From positions 253,237-317,236 of the forward strand of contig RDEW01000009.1 of the NCBI GenBank assembly GCA_011109175.1: a stretch of DNA of 64,000 bases, in the 5' to 3' direction. Origin of the DNA: Dicyema japonicum (lineage: Eukaryota > Animalia > Dicyemida). The notes below the pieces were generated by a model. The model ran no database searches. It had not been told where the DNA came from and saw only the letters and a list, made by a program, of their open reading frames with translations. The position numbers were made by a program, and so were the translations under genes. This document shows positions 1 through 12,719 of this stretch, one piece after another; the first letter of the stretch is position 1, and each line of letters starts with the position of its first letter.

Positions 1-242
1 AAATATTGTGATTAGTTGGTTTTTAGTTCAGAAATATTTTAATGGACATTTTTATCTAAAGAACTTGAGTTGTAAGCAACAAGCCAGCGCCTTTTATCAA
101 TTTAACACCTGTTTACACTCAGAACCCAAGACATTGAAATTCATTGGCTCTTTCAGTTAATTTCTGTTGCTTTTGGAAAGGAAAAACTTCATTTATCTGT
201 GTTGTTCAATAGTTAAGTTTTCACGCATCTAATTTGCTAAAT

Positions 243-352
243 TCCTTGTCTAGTGGCGCCGTCATCGGTGATATTTCACTGCGGGACCGGATTCTCTATG
301 GGTACAAAAAGGTTAAGGCCTCCTTCCAACGATTAGTTAGCTTCCTTACTTT
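243..352 (+). mobile_element. Diverged fragment of the SINE family seen at 17333-17650 and 51486-51743
   Basis: TAGTGGCGCCGTCATCGGTGATATTTCACTGCGGGACC...ACGATTAGTTA aligns with the SINE body GAGTGACGCCGTCTTCAGTGGACTCTCACTGCGGAACT...ACGATTAGTTA. Confidence 0.45.
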
Positions 353-521
353 CATTGGTCCTGACTTCGATGTGTACGTTGCAAAATATTGCGACATTAA
401 AATATTTTTTTCCTAATCTCTTGAAACTCGTCGAAAACTTTTGGATGTTCAAAGTATTACTTTCTGTAGGTGACTTTATTGAGCCACTTTCTATAGATTC
501 TTTTGAAATAAATTTTGTTAA

Positions 522-700
522 CTTGGCTCTATCACGTCAAAGTTTATCAGGTTAATTGGGCGTCTTGCAGGACTGCGGAAGGGAGAGTCTAGAATGACAC
601 GATGGCTCTTACAGAAAATTGAACTCGCGATTATGATGGGTAACTCCCATTGCGTGCTCAAAGCCTGCAAGCCATAATGGGGAATTTTGACTTGAATCCA
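522..700 (+). mobile_element. 3' end of a CRE-like RLE non-LTR retrotransposon (second subfamily)
   Basis: Translates IRLIGRLAGLRKGESRMTRWLLQKIELAIMMGNSHCVL, resembling the CRE C-terminus WLFERISLAILRGN; related copies at ~36905-37050 (+) and ~46795-47010 (-). Confidence 0.55.
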
Positions 701-1095
701 CTAGAGAAAAAACTCTGAGAACAAAACAGTTAAAAACAAGACATTGATGAGCCACGTGAATTAGCAATGAAAGGGGAAAAAGAAGAGTCTCACTATCCAG
801 ATATTGTGGAACATGCCTTATTATGACGAGGATAGTGTGAAAGTATTTAATCCTGATAATAAAGATGGAACTTATTTATTTAACAACCCAAGACCACGGT
901 AAAACCAACCTAGTTATCATTTTCACTGCGTACAGTTTCTTTGCGCATTTCAATAGATTGTAGATCCTCCTATCAACAAAACATAAATTTTGTAAGTTCT
1001 TACGTCATGAACCATTGAAATACGATCTTAAGATCATTTTTACTATTATATAAAAGTAATTAAAATTAAAAAATATTAAATCAAAATACAAAAAT

Positions 1096-2137
1096 TCAAT
1101 CATCAAGTTCCTCCTCAGTAGTTGAATACTCAGAATCAAATGATTCATCCTCTGACGAAGACTGGAGGTATTTTGAGATAAATTTGAGTTTCTTGTCCTT
1201 TCCATTATACACCTTTTTAGGTCTCTTCGGTCTATCAGTGGCGAACTCCATCAAATAAGGGTAGATTCTATCCATGTCAGCCTCAATAGTTTCCATGGAA
1301 GACCCGGTCACAGTAATGCTTCCAGTACCGAATATTATGAAAGATGTCGAACTACCGATGAATGAATAATTGGCCCCAGCATGCAGTTCACTCTCAAATT
1401 CTCTCCTATCACTACAAAATGATCCAACATATTACAAAATCGAGTCATCATTGACATGACGGCTATGGAACGAGAAGAGATCAACTCCAAAGGACAGGTA
1501 TGCTGAGGCGAATATATTTACCACTTTGTATCGAAAGAACCTCACAGGAAAGCCCATTCTGAACAGAGACCGCCCAATTCGCCGAGCAGCAGTATAAGAG
1601 TTGGCCAAACTAAATGTAAGGACAAAAAAATAGTATATTAAAATCAAAACCAACCTCGTTGCGCCCACAATCGTAATCTTGCCAGTGGAGGACACGTTCG
1701 CAGTGCAAACTGGATCACGGAGTTTTTTGTGACAAATCTAAAGTCACGTTAAAATTGAGGCACCGATGAACCCAACTTAAGCTCCACGTGGCGACCATAT
1801 CTTGCTAATCGTCTCAAATCAATTCCACAACGAGTATGGAAAGTACAAATCACATTGCTAACTACCAATTCCGGAGGCTTTGAGCTGAAAGACGTTGAAC
1901 TTCGGCCAATAGCACGTTTTACAGATTTTGCTACTGTTTCATGCTGAATTGTAGATGGAATTATCCCGTTTGAGGAAGAGCCTTAACATTTAAAAGTCGG
2001 ACTGAAGATGGTTCTGCCACTGCCATTTTATCGGTAATTGAGACAGATCTTCTAGGAATAATTCTTATTATTCGTCCATCAGTGCTTTTGAGTATATTAT
2101 GTCTTGCGTTATTTTTTGATTGGTCCTGGTTAGACAT
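1096..2137 (-). CDS. TBPL1: TATA-binding-protein-like factor (TRF2/TLF), multi-exon
   Basis: Spliced translation LVVSNVICTFHTRCGIDLRRLAR..KLRDPVCTANVSSTGKITIVGATS..AARRIGRSLFRMGFPVRFFRYKVVNIFAS..EFESELHAGANY..IIFGTGSITVTG..IYPYLMEF gives two TBP repeats of TRF2 type. Introns 1738-1763 (26 nt), 1610-1654 (45 nt) and ~1406-1435. The ATG at 2137 needs one extra base in the A-run near 2027, so the start is tentative. Confidence 0.85.
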
Positions 2138-2310
2138 ACTAAATTGACTAAAAGATAATCAATTTCAATATTATTAGTAAATTTACAATTACTGATTACA
2201 CTTACAACGACACACAAGGAATATATTAAACTAAAGTGTTAAATTATTTTATTTGCTAATTTAAATACAAATATTAATTAAAAATATAATTAAATTAATA
2301 AAATTGTATT

Positions 2311-2548
2311 AAATCGCATTTTTGGAGATCACCTGAACCGGATCGACGCCTCTTGAGATCCTTATGAGACTAGACTCCAGAATGCTGGAATGCGGTCTTG
2401 TAAAACCAGTCAGCCGTCTTGTATGATTATGCACGGGCACGAGAGAACACTGAGCAAAGATGAGGTCTCTGTTGGATTGCATCGTGATCACATGATAACT
2501 AGTTTGGTTTTACTGTGGTTTTGGGTTCTTAATAAATAAAATAATAAT
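2311..2548 (+). mobile_element. 3' end of an APE-type LINE (Ingi/Vingi-like tail family)
   Basis: Ends GTGATCACATGATAACTAGTTTGGTTTTTACTGTGGTTTTGGGTTCTTAATAAATAAA; near-identical tail inverted at ~875-925; similar in style to the 41330-41420 tail. Confidence 0.45.
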
Positions 2549-2559
2549 ATCGACGATTT

Positions 2560-3040
2560 ACCATTTTGTCCCTCATCCTACAAATTGACCAATTTGCGAA
2601 AATTCACTGTATTATCAAATGATTTTTGGATTTAAATCTGCGACGTTGAATGTCTCAAGTTTCTTCCATATATATTCAAAAAATGAAGATAAACACTGGC
2701 GAAATGTTTTTACATTATTCAACCACTCAGAGAGAAAATCTGACGAGACTTTAAGATTTATAATTGCGGAATATGGGGCTTGCCAAAACAAGTTATGGAT
2801 ATAAGTGATAGTTTCACAGCGTCCTACTCTGGAAGACTTTCAATATAAACTACACTATGAAAATGACTACCGCAAAGTTATAAAAATTAAATAACACCGA
2901 ATCCGACGATCTAACTAGAGTCTGTCCATTTTGGAATGGATCATCCGACACAAAATATCTATTATAAATATGATGGAAATGGCGGAGAAGTTATGATAGA
3001 CCGATTATGGTGTTAAGTAAAGTCAGGCTGGGCCGCTGTA
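2560..3040 (+). mobile_element. Possible degraded Tc1/mariner-superfamily remnant
   Basis: Weak echoes of the QDGAxxH and SPDLT..FW motifs; ends ...GGGCCGCTG-TA like a CAG-type TIR followed by TA. Confidence 0.25.
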
Positions 3041-3089
3041 TTAATTTTTTATTTTATTACGTATTAATAATAAAGATAATAAAAATCAC

Positions 3090-4100
3090 TGACCCTGTTA
3101 AACAGAATCGGATCGCTCATTGCGAAGATGAAAAATGAAAGAAGAGAAAGGAAATGGCTAATTGAGCGCATTTCCTTGCAATTTGTAGATCAGGAGGATT
3201 CTACACTCCCCACCTGAATTCTCAACTGACCAAGAGATAATCCACGCACGAGAAGCCTGGAATGCCACCAACCTCCCCCTGCCTCCTTCCCAAGATCGCC
3301 AGCGAAACCTGGACAACTTATTATGCTGGAAATCATTTGGACTCCTACTGGAATCTGCCAATCAGCACCGACGCGCTTGTTTGCTCTCGGGGGCTTCCCC
3401 TGAGAGCGGAGCTTGGCTAAACGCAATCCCCAATGGAGCTTTGGGCACTTTTCTGACTGATGAATGCGTTAGAACTGGTATCTCTCTGCGGCTGGGACTA
3501 AAAGTATGTGTACCTCACCCGTGCCGATGTGGCATCCTGATAGACTGCTATGGCCTGCACCCTCTCGCCTGCAGAAGGAGCGCTGGCAGATCCCCAAGGC
3601 ACAAGGCTCTGAATGAAATTGTCAGGCGAGTTATGGATGCTGCTGGATACTCGGCCATTCTTGAACCGGTCGGGTTATGCAGAAGTGACGGGAAACGACC
3701 GGACGGGATGACCATATTTCCATTTGAGGCCGGGAAACCACTGGTTTGGGATGTGACATGTACAGACACGTTCGCCCAGAAAAATCTTCACGAGAGTGCT
3801 ACAAGGGCCTGTTCAGCATTCGTAAAGGCGGAGAAGGCCAAACTCGTTAAATACGTCGACCTTCCCGATGATGTCAAATTTGTTCCCCTTGCTATGGAGA
3901 CTTCCGGATCCTACTCCCCCTCTACACTCGAGTTTCTCGGACGTCTTGGAAACCGGATCACCTCGTGCACTGGAGATCTCCGTGAACGCCGCTGGCTATT
4001 TGAGCGAATTTCGCTCGCAATTTTGAGAGGGAACAGCCACGCAGTGAGGGCGGCAACTACCTGACTTCTATTGTTTAAAAAGTGTCGATTAATAAAAAAA
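3090..4100 (+). mobile_element. 5'-truncated CRE-like non-LTR retrotransposon (CCHC zinc knuckle + restriction-like endonuclease), preceded by a second 3' fragment at 3090-3185
   Basis: ORF 3381-4064: SGAWLNAIP, CRCG..HPLAC..RH, KRPDGMTIFPF..WDVTC, FVPLAMETSG, WLFERISLAILRGN; A-rich tail. Confidence 0.85.
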
Positions 4101-4479
4101 AAATTTGAAGAGGATAGCAGGATAACAAAGAATCTAACTGTCAAAAAATATTTCTAAAATTTTTATACTAAAAGTATATAAATGATTCATGTGGGCAGCA
4201 TCATGATCTAGGTCTCTATAAATGCTGTTTTCTCCGACACTGGGTCATAACAAGTATTCTCCGCGATGACATCATCGCCCACTTCAAATATCTTGTTAAG
4301 TTTTGTCTCAAAAACTAGAGGTATTTCTTCTTCAGCATAGTAGGAGTCTTGAGCACAATCTAGCTTGCGATTGACTCTGGGTTCCTCACTCTTCGGTATA
4401 CCTTCCAGAAAGAAGGAACATCCTATAGTGATGCAAGTTAAGATTCTTCGTATCGTAACCGATAAAGACTCCAGATTCA

Positions 4480-5110
4480 TTAATCATTTTAATATCCAAA
4501 AAAGTAATTGGTACGTCGGCATATTCTGAAATAACATGGGAAATCAAGAAGACACCAAGCTTAGGGAGAGAAGTGATTATCCTTTTTCAATAGAAGGAAT
4601 TTTACCCCTAGGCCATCGGATAGGTTCTTCAGGAGCTTGGCATCCATGTTGTCCTTCTTAAAACCGAAGGACGTGCTCTTGGAGTTGAGATCACCTCCTA
4701 GAATAGCCATCGGGTTTTCACAGAAGAACTCATAGATATCTCCAGTACATTCTCACAAAGATTTTGAATACAGACCGCCAATTGCGACCAAACTGTCGAC
4801 ACAACAAACATCAATGGCGACAAACTCACAAAAACTGATGCGACAATTCTCGGATTCCTAGTATTTAGATAACACTGATAAAAAATTGTTGTCCCAGTCC
4901 CCGGTATATCCCCTTCCTTCCAATGTAAAGATGTAGATTCAAAACCCAGGAGTACCGTAGTCTCATCTGACTTTATCTTCGTTTCGTTGACAATTATGTG
5001 CCTCCTCGGCCTTCGACAGGGAAGCTAGCTCGTGAGGCCTCCTCATGATTGATCGGGCATTCATGAGCATGATTCTTATGTTTCGGATCACAGATCTTGG
5101 CGGCCTGATC
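4480..5110 (-). mobile_element. Degraded APE endonuclease region of a LINE
   Basis: Minus-strand fragments HIIVNETKIKS and AILGGDLNSKSTSFG (APE ET and GDxN motifs), with stops and frameshifts. Confidence 0.5.
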
Positions 5111-5179
5111 TCTTCAGGAGTAGAGCCACTACGTTCAGTAATTCCAAATTCACTTTACCATAAACTTCATTCAAGCGAT

Positions 5180-5308
5180 TAAATACCATTTTTCTTAAAA
5201 ACCTAAATACCATTTTTTTAATGTTCTAAATACCATTTTTCCTAAATACCATTTTTTTAATGTTCTAAATACCTTTAATGTTCTAAATACCATTTTTCTT
5301 AAAAACCT
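5180..5308. repeat. Irregular minisatellite, six TAAATACC(ATTTTT) cores
   Basis: Repeated (TTAATGTTC/CC)TAAATACCATTTTT units, directly visible. Confidence 0.8.
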
Positions 5309-5984
5309 CTCCAGAAGCTGCCGTTTTTATTTTGTAATCCTCTTTGTAGGAGCTTTCTTTAACAACAGGCATAACCACACCTCAACCACGTTTTTTTCAC
5401 TCCTCTATGGATTAGTAGGATAGTATTACACAAGGAGCGTTTTATCTTACTTCTTGCAAAATCGAGGAGAGCAGGAATCAATATTGCCCAGCAAAATACT
5501 CGACAAGAAGTTAGATGAAGATTTGTTAGTAATGTCGATCAGAGATGCAGCAGAGAAAAAATGGCAAAATTCCTACAAAGGTATGCCATCATTGATTCGT
5601 AAGCCGCAGCACAGAATAAACCATAAGAGGGTCTGAGAACGCAGACTAAAGTACAAGGTATTGCAGGATTTGTAATGAGAAGCCAATTAATACCCTCTTT
5701 ACTTTCCTTTGTTAATAAAGTTTGTTAAGTTAAAGCATTATTATCCTGCTTCTCGAACTGCTCAAAATAAATAAATATCGTCTTTTGACGAATAATTTGT
5801 TCTTACAGTCTACAAATCCAAGACTTCATGGCAGGGAAAATGCGAAAAAAGTGAACCTATTTCTCCACCGTATTGGTTTCAAGGGAGAACTTTATCTATA
5901 CTGGGTGAATATCATGATTGATTCATCTATTATTAACAAAAAGTTGTTATTAAAGAAGTCATCTTATAAAATATTTATAAAACA

Positions 5985-8023
5985 TCAATTAATTGCGGTC
6001 TCCATTACAAAAATAGAATCCGCGGATTGGAGTAATTTTGTAGACATATCACTCCCACATATTGAAGACAATTTCATGACATCAAATCGATCAAACAATG
6101 ATATAATAGTTGTTTTATCATTCTCATCTTCCTTACTACGGCACATATCACAAAATTCTCCATAGAATTGAGGATATGTCGGAAGTGAGTAGAACACCAC
6201 TGAATCCGCACCACGAAGTTTGTACCGATGATAAAAATGAAATCGTTCGGTCACAACAAGAAATTGAACTTTTCGGTTGAAAAACATGTCCCTAGACTTG
6301 TGGACTCGTTCCTGGGACGAATATCTTAAAGTCTCATTAATGAATAATACTCTGAAATAAAACTGAAGCTGATTTCCTCCTTCTTGCAGTAATTACGCAC
6401 ACGTGTGTAGTCAAAATAAGAGGATATATAAACGATGAATTGTTTTCCTCCTTTTCCTAGCTCAGGAAATGTCTATCATTTTGATATTGCGAAACCTTTT
6501 CAATGAAAAAGGTGAATCTATTTGTCGGTGAATCATGTAGAGGACCAATTTTCATCCTCTGGAATACGTGCTGTACAGACGATGACGTCGTATGTAAGAT
6601 CCCACTTTTTATAGGCATGCAAAATGCCAGACTCCCAGAATAATCTACAAAAAAATAAAAGCCAGTACTTTTTGAAAACTCATTAAAGAATGCTGTAAGT
6701 TCTAAAAACGGATGAGCAGAAAAAACCAAAAGTTGACGATAATAACAACCTCTAAAAATAAGATAAAAAAGTAAATAATAATTTAAAAAATAAAAAATAC
6801 AATTCGTTTAGTTGCCATTCGTGAATTCTCATAATATCGACGTCGTGGAGTTCTTCCACCTTAGAATTCGTTCTCCGTAAAATATCCTGCATTAAATTTA
6901 TATTAAGCGAACCAAAATATGCATCCAATTCTGCATATAGAGAACATCAGCCTGATCGATTACTATAATTTCTAGTGAAGACAGAAAGTCACAGGAGCCC
7001 TTACGACTGCTCATCACTTTAAAATAAACCCTTCAGCGATTAAAGTTTTGAGACCCAAAGGAGAGGCAATCACCAAATCCGCAGAATTGAACTCAACATA
7101 CAAATTCATCTTATTTTTTCCCACTCGGACGCCAATTCTGAAGTGATCGTCGCAGTTTCCACTAAAAATAGCTCGAAAGTCGGCTATTTATCAGACAAAC
7201 AATAAAACCTGGTTTCTTAGATTTTTCAACGAAATTTTCCGAACCAAACTCGGAATCTACCCGATCTTTTCCAATTTTATACCCCTTTAATGATTCTTAT
7301 GAATCCTACCTTATTAGAAGGTGCCACCAAAAGCTCGAGAATATCAATTATCCGTAAGGCTGAACTTCTGAATGGAACCAAAATGAGGACTCGAGCTCTC
7401 GTGAACCCTTGATCTTTTCTATCACTTTCTAAATCAAGGTCATTTACTGCCATCATGTTATGAGCTCTAAATAATTGCATTTTAAGGTATACTTTGTTAT
7501 GTGGTTTATCACGTGCATGCAATAAGACAACTGAATCAAAGAATTGTTAGAAGGGTTACGTTAAAATACAAAAAATCCTAAAATTAAACGATAAAAAACC
7601 AAATAATTCTCAAGAATTGATAACAAATTTCTAATGTAGGGAGGAAAATCTCCATTTTCTACGAAATCAGTAAAACATAAACCCAACTCAAGGGAACACA
7701 ACACAGGAAGGATTTTTGATAAAATAGGTATCATTTCCTCAGTGATCTAACAATAATAAACTATAAAACCTTTAAATTTGTGTTTAATATAATATTTTCA
7801 AAGTTTGCATTATTTGTGGAAGAGATGAAAGAACCAATGTTATCGATTTCAACCTTTTTTGTTACTTTTGATGACTCAATCTCATTTGAAGTCATAAAAT
7901 GGTAAGAATATGTTAGATCATCCCCGTAAAGTGCTCTACGTTGAACTGAATGTTCAAGTTGACTCATTTTTCTCTTACTAATATTAATTAAAAAGTTGCT
8001 TACATTTGCTTGAGTTCTTCCAT
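5985..8023 (-). CDS. UTP25: U3 snoRNA-associated protein 25 (DIEXF/DEF), multi-exon
   Basis: [98 protein letters not shown]; ATG at 8023 followed by a 26-nt intron. Confidence 0.9.
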
Positions 8024-8229
8024 TTCTTAATTATAAAGCACAAAAAACATATCACGTGAGTATTTAATTTTAATATTAAATTTAAATAAATAAAAAATTA
8101 TTATTTATTAATAATTTATTTAAAAAAGGCCACTTAGTTCTCCCGTTTATGTTGGCGAACAATACTAAACTGTCTTGCCAGAACCATATTCTTCTCCATA
8201 CAACCAACTATTGGGTAATTTTACGCATG

Positions 8230-8960
8230 AAACTTATTGAATTTACGCTTCTGTGATGTTAAAATCCATCTCATCTCTACAGCTTAACTTTAACATTATT
8301 AAATCGAGTTCTTGGAGATGTGGACATCCTATCGAAGCATGATGTTTACGCGTCAGTTATCCGAGAGAGTAAACTTAATTTGTCATCTTCAACATCGTGC
8401 TGAGAAATGGTTGTTTTGGTAGTGGTGATCTCCTGAAGATTATCAGAAATTTACTACTATACACATATCCTATTGGAATAAGACAGGTCAACAGACTCTG
8501 CTTTTGCGAAATAGCTTATACTTTTTAAATATTATAAACCTGTATTTTCCTGCCCGAGTTGTTTCCCTTCCAGACTAAACAGATTCGACCTCCTCATAAA
8601 TGTAATTATCTGCGGTGTTTAATTTACAAACATCCAAAATGGCAAGACTCTGATACGAGAAGAAGCCTAATTAATGAACTTAAAAATTATTTGTTGACTA
8701 GAATTTCATTTAATTTATCGACGCAGCTGTGGATTATTTTTCATTATCGACTCGGCTTGTGGCTCTGGGGACCTATAAGTTATAAAACTCGGTCATTGAC
8801 TCAGAAACCAATTTCCTCATAGAAAAAACTCATTTACGTAAAGCCTACATTATTCTGATTGTTTCTAGCGAACATCTGTCTGCTTAAAAGACAAATTAAA
8901 ATATTGAGAATAACATTTACTATAATCGTTCTCCCATCTGTTAGGAAGGTTTCGATTAGC
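8230..8960 (+). mobile_element. Highly degraded APE region of the Ingi/Vingi-like LINE family
   Basis: Fragments LQLN, SKHDV..IRESKLN and KHPKW parallel QLNANG..KHKIDICLIQESKL..KHPQW of the 38135-41420 element. Confidence 0.5.
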
Positions 8961-9587
8961 GGGCTTCGCAATTACACAAAAGTGTTGTAGCTTTTTTGAT
9001 GTCCTCTAAATTAATCTAATAAAGATGAAGGCATTCTGGAAATTAGTTTAGTTTTGCCAACGTTAAGGATAATGATTAAATAAAGATATATTTGAAACAA
9101 TAGCAAATTTTTATTGAACTTTAAAAATAATAGGAAAAGTAAAAACAGCGGACTATCATTTCTTAGATCCTGCATCGTCGTTTGTATTCTTGACAAAATT
9201 CGCATTTTTTCTCATTCTTTTTAAAATACGAGTCGATTTTTTAAATGAAATTTGTACTGCATCGCGACATCCAATCAATTTTAATTGCTGCCTTTCTGAT
9301 TTTTAAAAACTGAGATGATGTGTTTTCTGTACATTAATCGTTCTTCTGGTCAATGCCATTGTAGTCAATGGTCATTTCTCATTTGTCAAAGTCAAGCAAA
9401 AGGAGAGGATAAATTAATAGAGTATTTCTGTAAAACTAAACATGGAACAAATAAATATGTGGTAAATAAGATATCTTTCATAGCAGCTAAATGGCTATGA
9501 GTGAAGCGAATTACACTGCTAGTTTTAAATAAAATTCCAAGATTTGACCGATAATTGTGATCAAACATATAATTTTGACTACGTCAC

Positions 9588-9601
9588 GTTGGCATGGCAA
9601 T
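9588..9601. promoter_or_regulatory. Candidate RFX X-box
   Basis: GTTGGCATGGCAAT, 2 mismatches to GTTGCCATGGCAAC; ~820 bp upstream of ciliary gene EFHC1. Confidence 0.3.
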
Positions 9602-10407
9602 TAAAATAAGTTTCCTAAAACTATTTTAAAAAATTTCAGATTGTCGTTATTATGAAATATTAGTACTATTACATTTTAAGGGCTTTTGACCAGTTAACCT
9701 ACTAGTCAATTGATCGAAAGGTTGGGCTGGCGACGTAGCTCAGGTGAACTATGGCATAGCTTCGAAAAATTAATGTCTTATCTTCTCAAAATTGATATAT
9801 CCCCTCCCCACTTTATAATGGACTCAGGATATATAGGAAACTAGAAGTTGTAAAATAAAGAAGCATCTGATATACTAATCTCTGTTTTCGAATCATCTCT
9901 GTACCAAATTTCCAAACAACCTTCTCTGCAAAATCCTTCTCGGATACCTTGAAAATCTCCAAAATATGAGGTTACATCATAGTACAAGATGCCCGTCATT
10001 GGAGGTATTGGCCTCTACTTTGTCGGTCTAAAATCACTTAGTTATTTGAAGAATTTTTTTAACCCAACAATTCTTGATAATTAAATTATTCTAAAGATCA
10101 AGGGTAACCAAACTAACTAATTCCTTGATCTTGACGCATTCCAGCAGAGACCTCACCCAAGCACAGTGATCCAGAGGCTTGGGAGAAAAACTGCAGACTT
10201 CTCATTTCCAAATGGTATTCATTTGGGAGATCTTTGATTCACAATGTAGATGATCAATAGGGGTTGAAGCCTCGATCTTCAAGACATTTGTCCAAAAATT
10301 CAATGTTACAATCGATGGACGATAAGAATTATTTTTTCATTAATAAATTTATAAATTAATAAGAATTTTATCAAAATAAATGTAGATTTTAAGCAAATAA
10401 ATTATTC

Positions 10408-10420
10408 GTTACTTAGCAAA
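10408..10420 (+). promoter_or_regulatory. Candidate RFX X-box abutting the EFHC1 start codon
   Basis: GTTACTTAGCAAA resembles GTTRCY-N-AGCAAC. Confidence 0.35.
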
Positions 10421-12514
10421 ATGTGCGATGGTTTACCAATGATTCCAGGTTTTAGAACAACTAACTTGACGGTTTATTAAAAACTTATTGCAGAAAAACA
10501 ATTTCCCTAAAAGTCAAAGTTTGGATATGTCCAATGGATACTCAGTACCGCGAAATATATTGGACGGAATAAATACGAATGAATTCGCCAAATTATCAAA
10601 TTATATGCCTACACTTACTTACGGACCAAGTAAACAAGTTCCCGACCAAGAATTCACTCCAAACTTCGTTTCACTTGATAAAAAGGTGAACGTTTCATTC
10701 TATGTTAGGTCCTCAAATTTTATGGGTATTTCAAACAATCTGTATATGAATCATCAAATGAATATTACAGAGTTAGACCAATCCAAGTTTTTTATTTTAT
10801 CGAGGACGACACGATTTCCGTGTACGAACCAGAAGTTAAGAACAGTGGACTTTTACAGGGTGTCCTTTTTATATACTGTTAGGAAAACTCATTAAACGAC
10901 AGAGGATTCCAAAAAACAATTTTGGTGACACGTACAATTGGAAAGACCTCAACAACCAAATGAACATTACTTTTTATGGACGAACATTTAGATTGACCGA
11001 TTGCGATCAATGGACCAAAGTTTTATTATGTTTTGAATAAATTAAGGAGTTTTTAACCAGTCAGGGGATTGACGTTAACGATCCTGAGGATATTCCCGAT
11101 GATCCTTACACATGTCAAAGGCAAATAAACGAACAAAGCAAGGAATCGGTGACTCCTTCAGATTTCGATAAACTCAAACAATTTCTCGAACTAGATCGCA
11201 AAGTTCTCCGTTTTTACGTCGTGTGGGATGACAGGGAGTCCGTCTCGGGAGATCTTCGTCCATTCATAATTCACGTAATTTTGTAGAGCTATAATTAGTA
11301 TTACTTGGTGGACGATACCATTGAAGTAAGGGAAATAAGGACAAATAATGATGGATATGATCCATACCCAATTCTTATCAATCGTCATAAAATTCCTAAA
11401 AATCGTCAGGACGTCAAACCTACATTTCCAAGTGTATATCTTGAATTGACTGAACGTGAAATACCAGAATATTTTTCTCCTGAGGATTTTCTGATAGGTC
11501 AGACTGTAGTCATATATAACCGACGATTTATTGTGTACGACGTGGACAATTTCACTAAAGCTTATTATTGGAAAAGATTCGGAATCTCAGAGTTTACAGC
11601 ACTCAATGTTTCTACCCCTACTCCCGAATTACCGAAAATGGTAGTTAATGATATAATTTAAGGAAATTCCACCATATAACGGATTCGGATCAATTGATGA
11701 CTCACTTCAATCTTGTCTTTCTTTGATACCAACGCCAGAGAAGAAGGACTATATAAGGATGCTGGAAAATGATGGAATAATTTTGCGATTCAAGGCAAAA
11801 CTAGTTATTTAAATTAAATATTTTAGGAAAATAACCGTGATATTGACAGGAACCGAGATTTCATCATTTCTTACTATGTGGCTGACAATGCAATCGAAAT
11901 TTACGAGACTACTAAAAAGAACCTCTGGATTTTCCGCAGGAAAATTCTTAGAGAAACGACGAGTAATGAAACCAAACACAAAACCAGAGTCTCCCGAGTA
12001 TTTTGGACCAGAAGACTTTAAAATTGGTAATATGGTGATCATATATTCCTACAAATTCCGGATTGAGGATGCTGATGACTTTGTTTTAGCTATGTGAAGG
12101 ATAATTTGAATAAATTTAGCGGTTCTGTTGTTTTTATTAAATTTTAGATGAATTTAAGTTAAATCTCAAAACTCACTTTGAAAGTAAAATATCTGACAGA
12201 CGATGTTCTCAAACAGATCGTACGTGTTAAATAATTATTTAAATAGGCGGGAGGAACTGGAGACTGTAACTCAGGAAGTGTGCCAACAGTTAAAAAAACT
12301 TTCAATAATTGACAAATCTACAATTTATGAAATGTTCCGTAAATATAAAAAGAACCACTCACAATATTTGACAAAGGAAAATATTAGGACTATTCTCAAA
12401 AATGGATACTTTCCAGCTGACAATCAACTAGTGGATAGCATCTACACTCAATTTGGACCATCATTGGAAGATGGAATATCACTAGAAGAATTTAGGAGAT
12501 TCATGGAATCTTAG
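10421..12514 (+). CDS. EFHC1: EFHC1/Rib72 (three DM10 domains + C-terminal EF-hand region), axonemal microtubule inner protein
   Basis: [70 protein letters not shown]. Introns 10472-10493, 10686-10708, 10860-10882, 11020-11046, 11275-11298, 11641-11662, 11804-11826, 12122-12147, 12224-12246 (22-27 nt). Two 1-nt indels near 11922 and 12088. Confidence 0.93.
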
Positions 12515-12719
12515 TATAAAAAGACTAACGGCTCACAATAACATCAACTAATTTATTTTAATGGCTTTTATGCATTAATGACAAAAATGAGCATCTAAAA
12601 TCGACAAGTTTATTTAAATCAAAAAATTTATTATTCTAACTATTGAATCCCACTGATTTCCTCTCTGCTTTTTCTTTCTTCAATTTCTAGAAGCGTCATT
12701 GAATTCACCTAACTCAGTA

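Noticed and set aside
553-690. A CRE-derived SINE with a fixed 5' end (three ~150-bp copies)
   Set aside because: Two copies extend further upstream into CRE coding sequence, so they are ordinary variable 5' truncations
8230-8275. Third 2A motif upstream of the degraded APE
   Set aside because: Only LLNLRFCDVK plus an out-of-frame NP; too decayed to support
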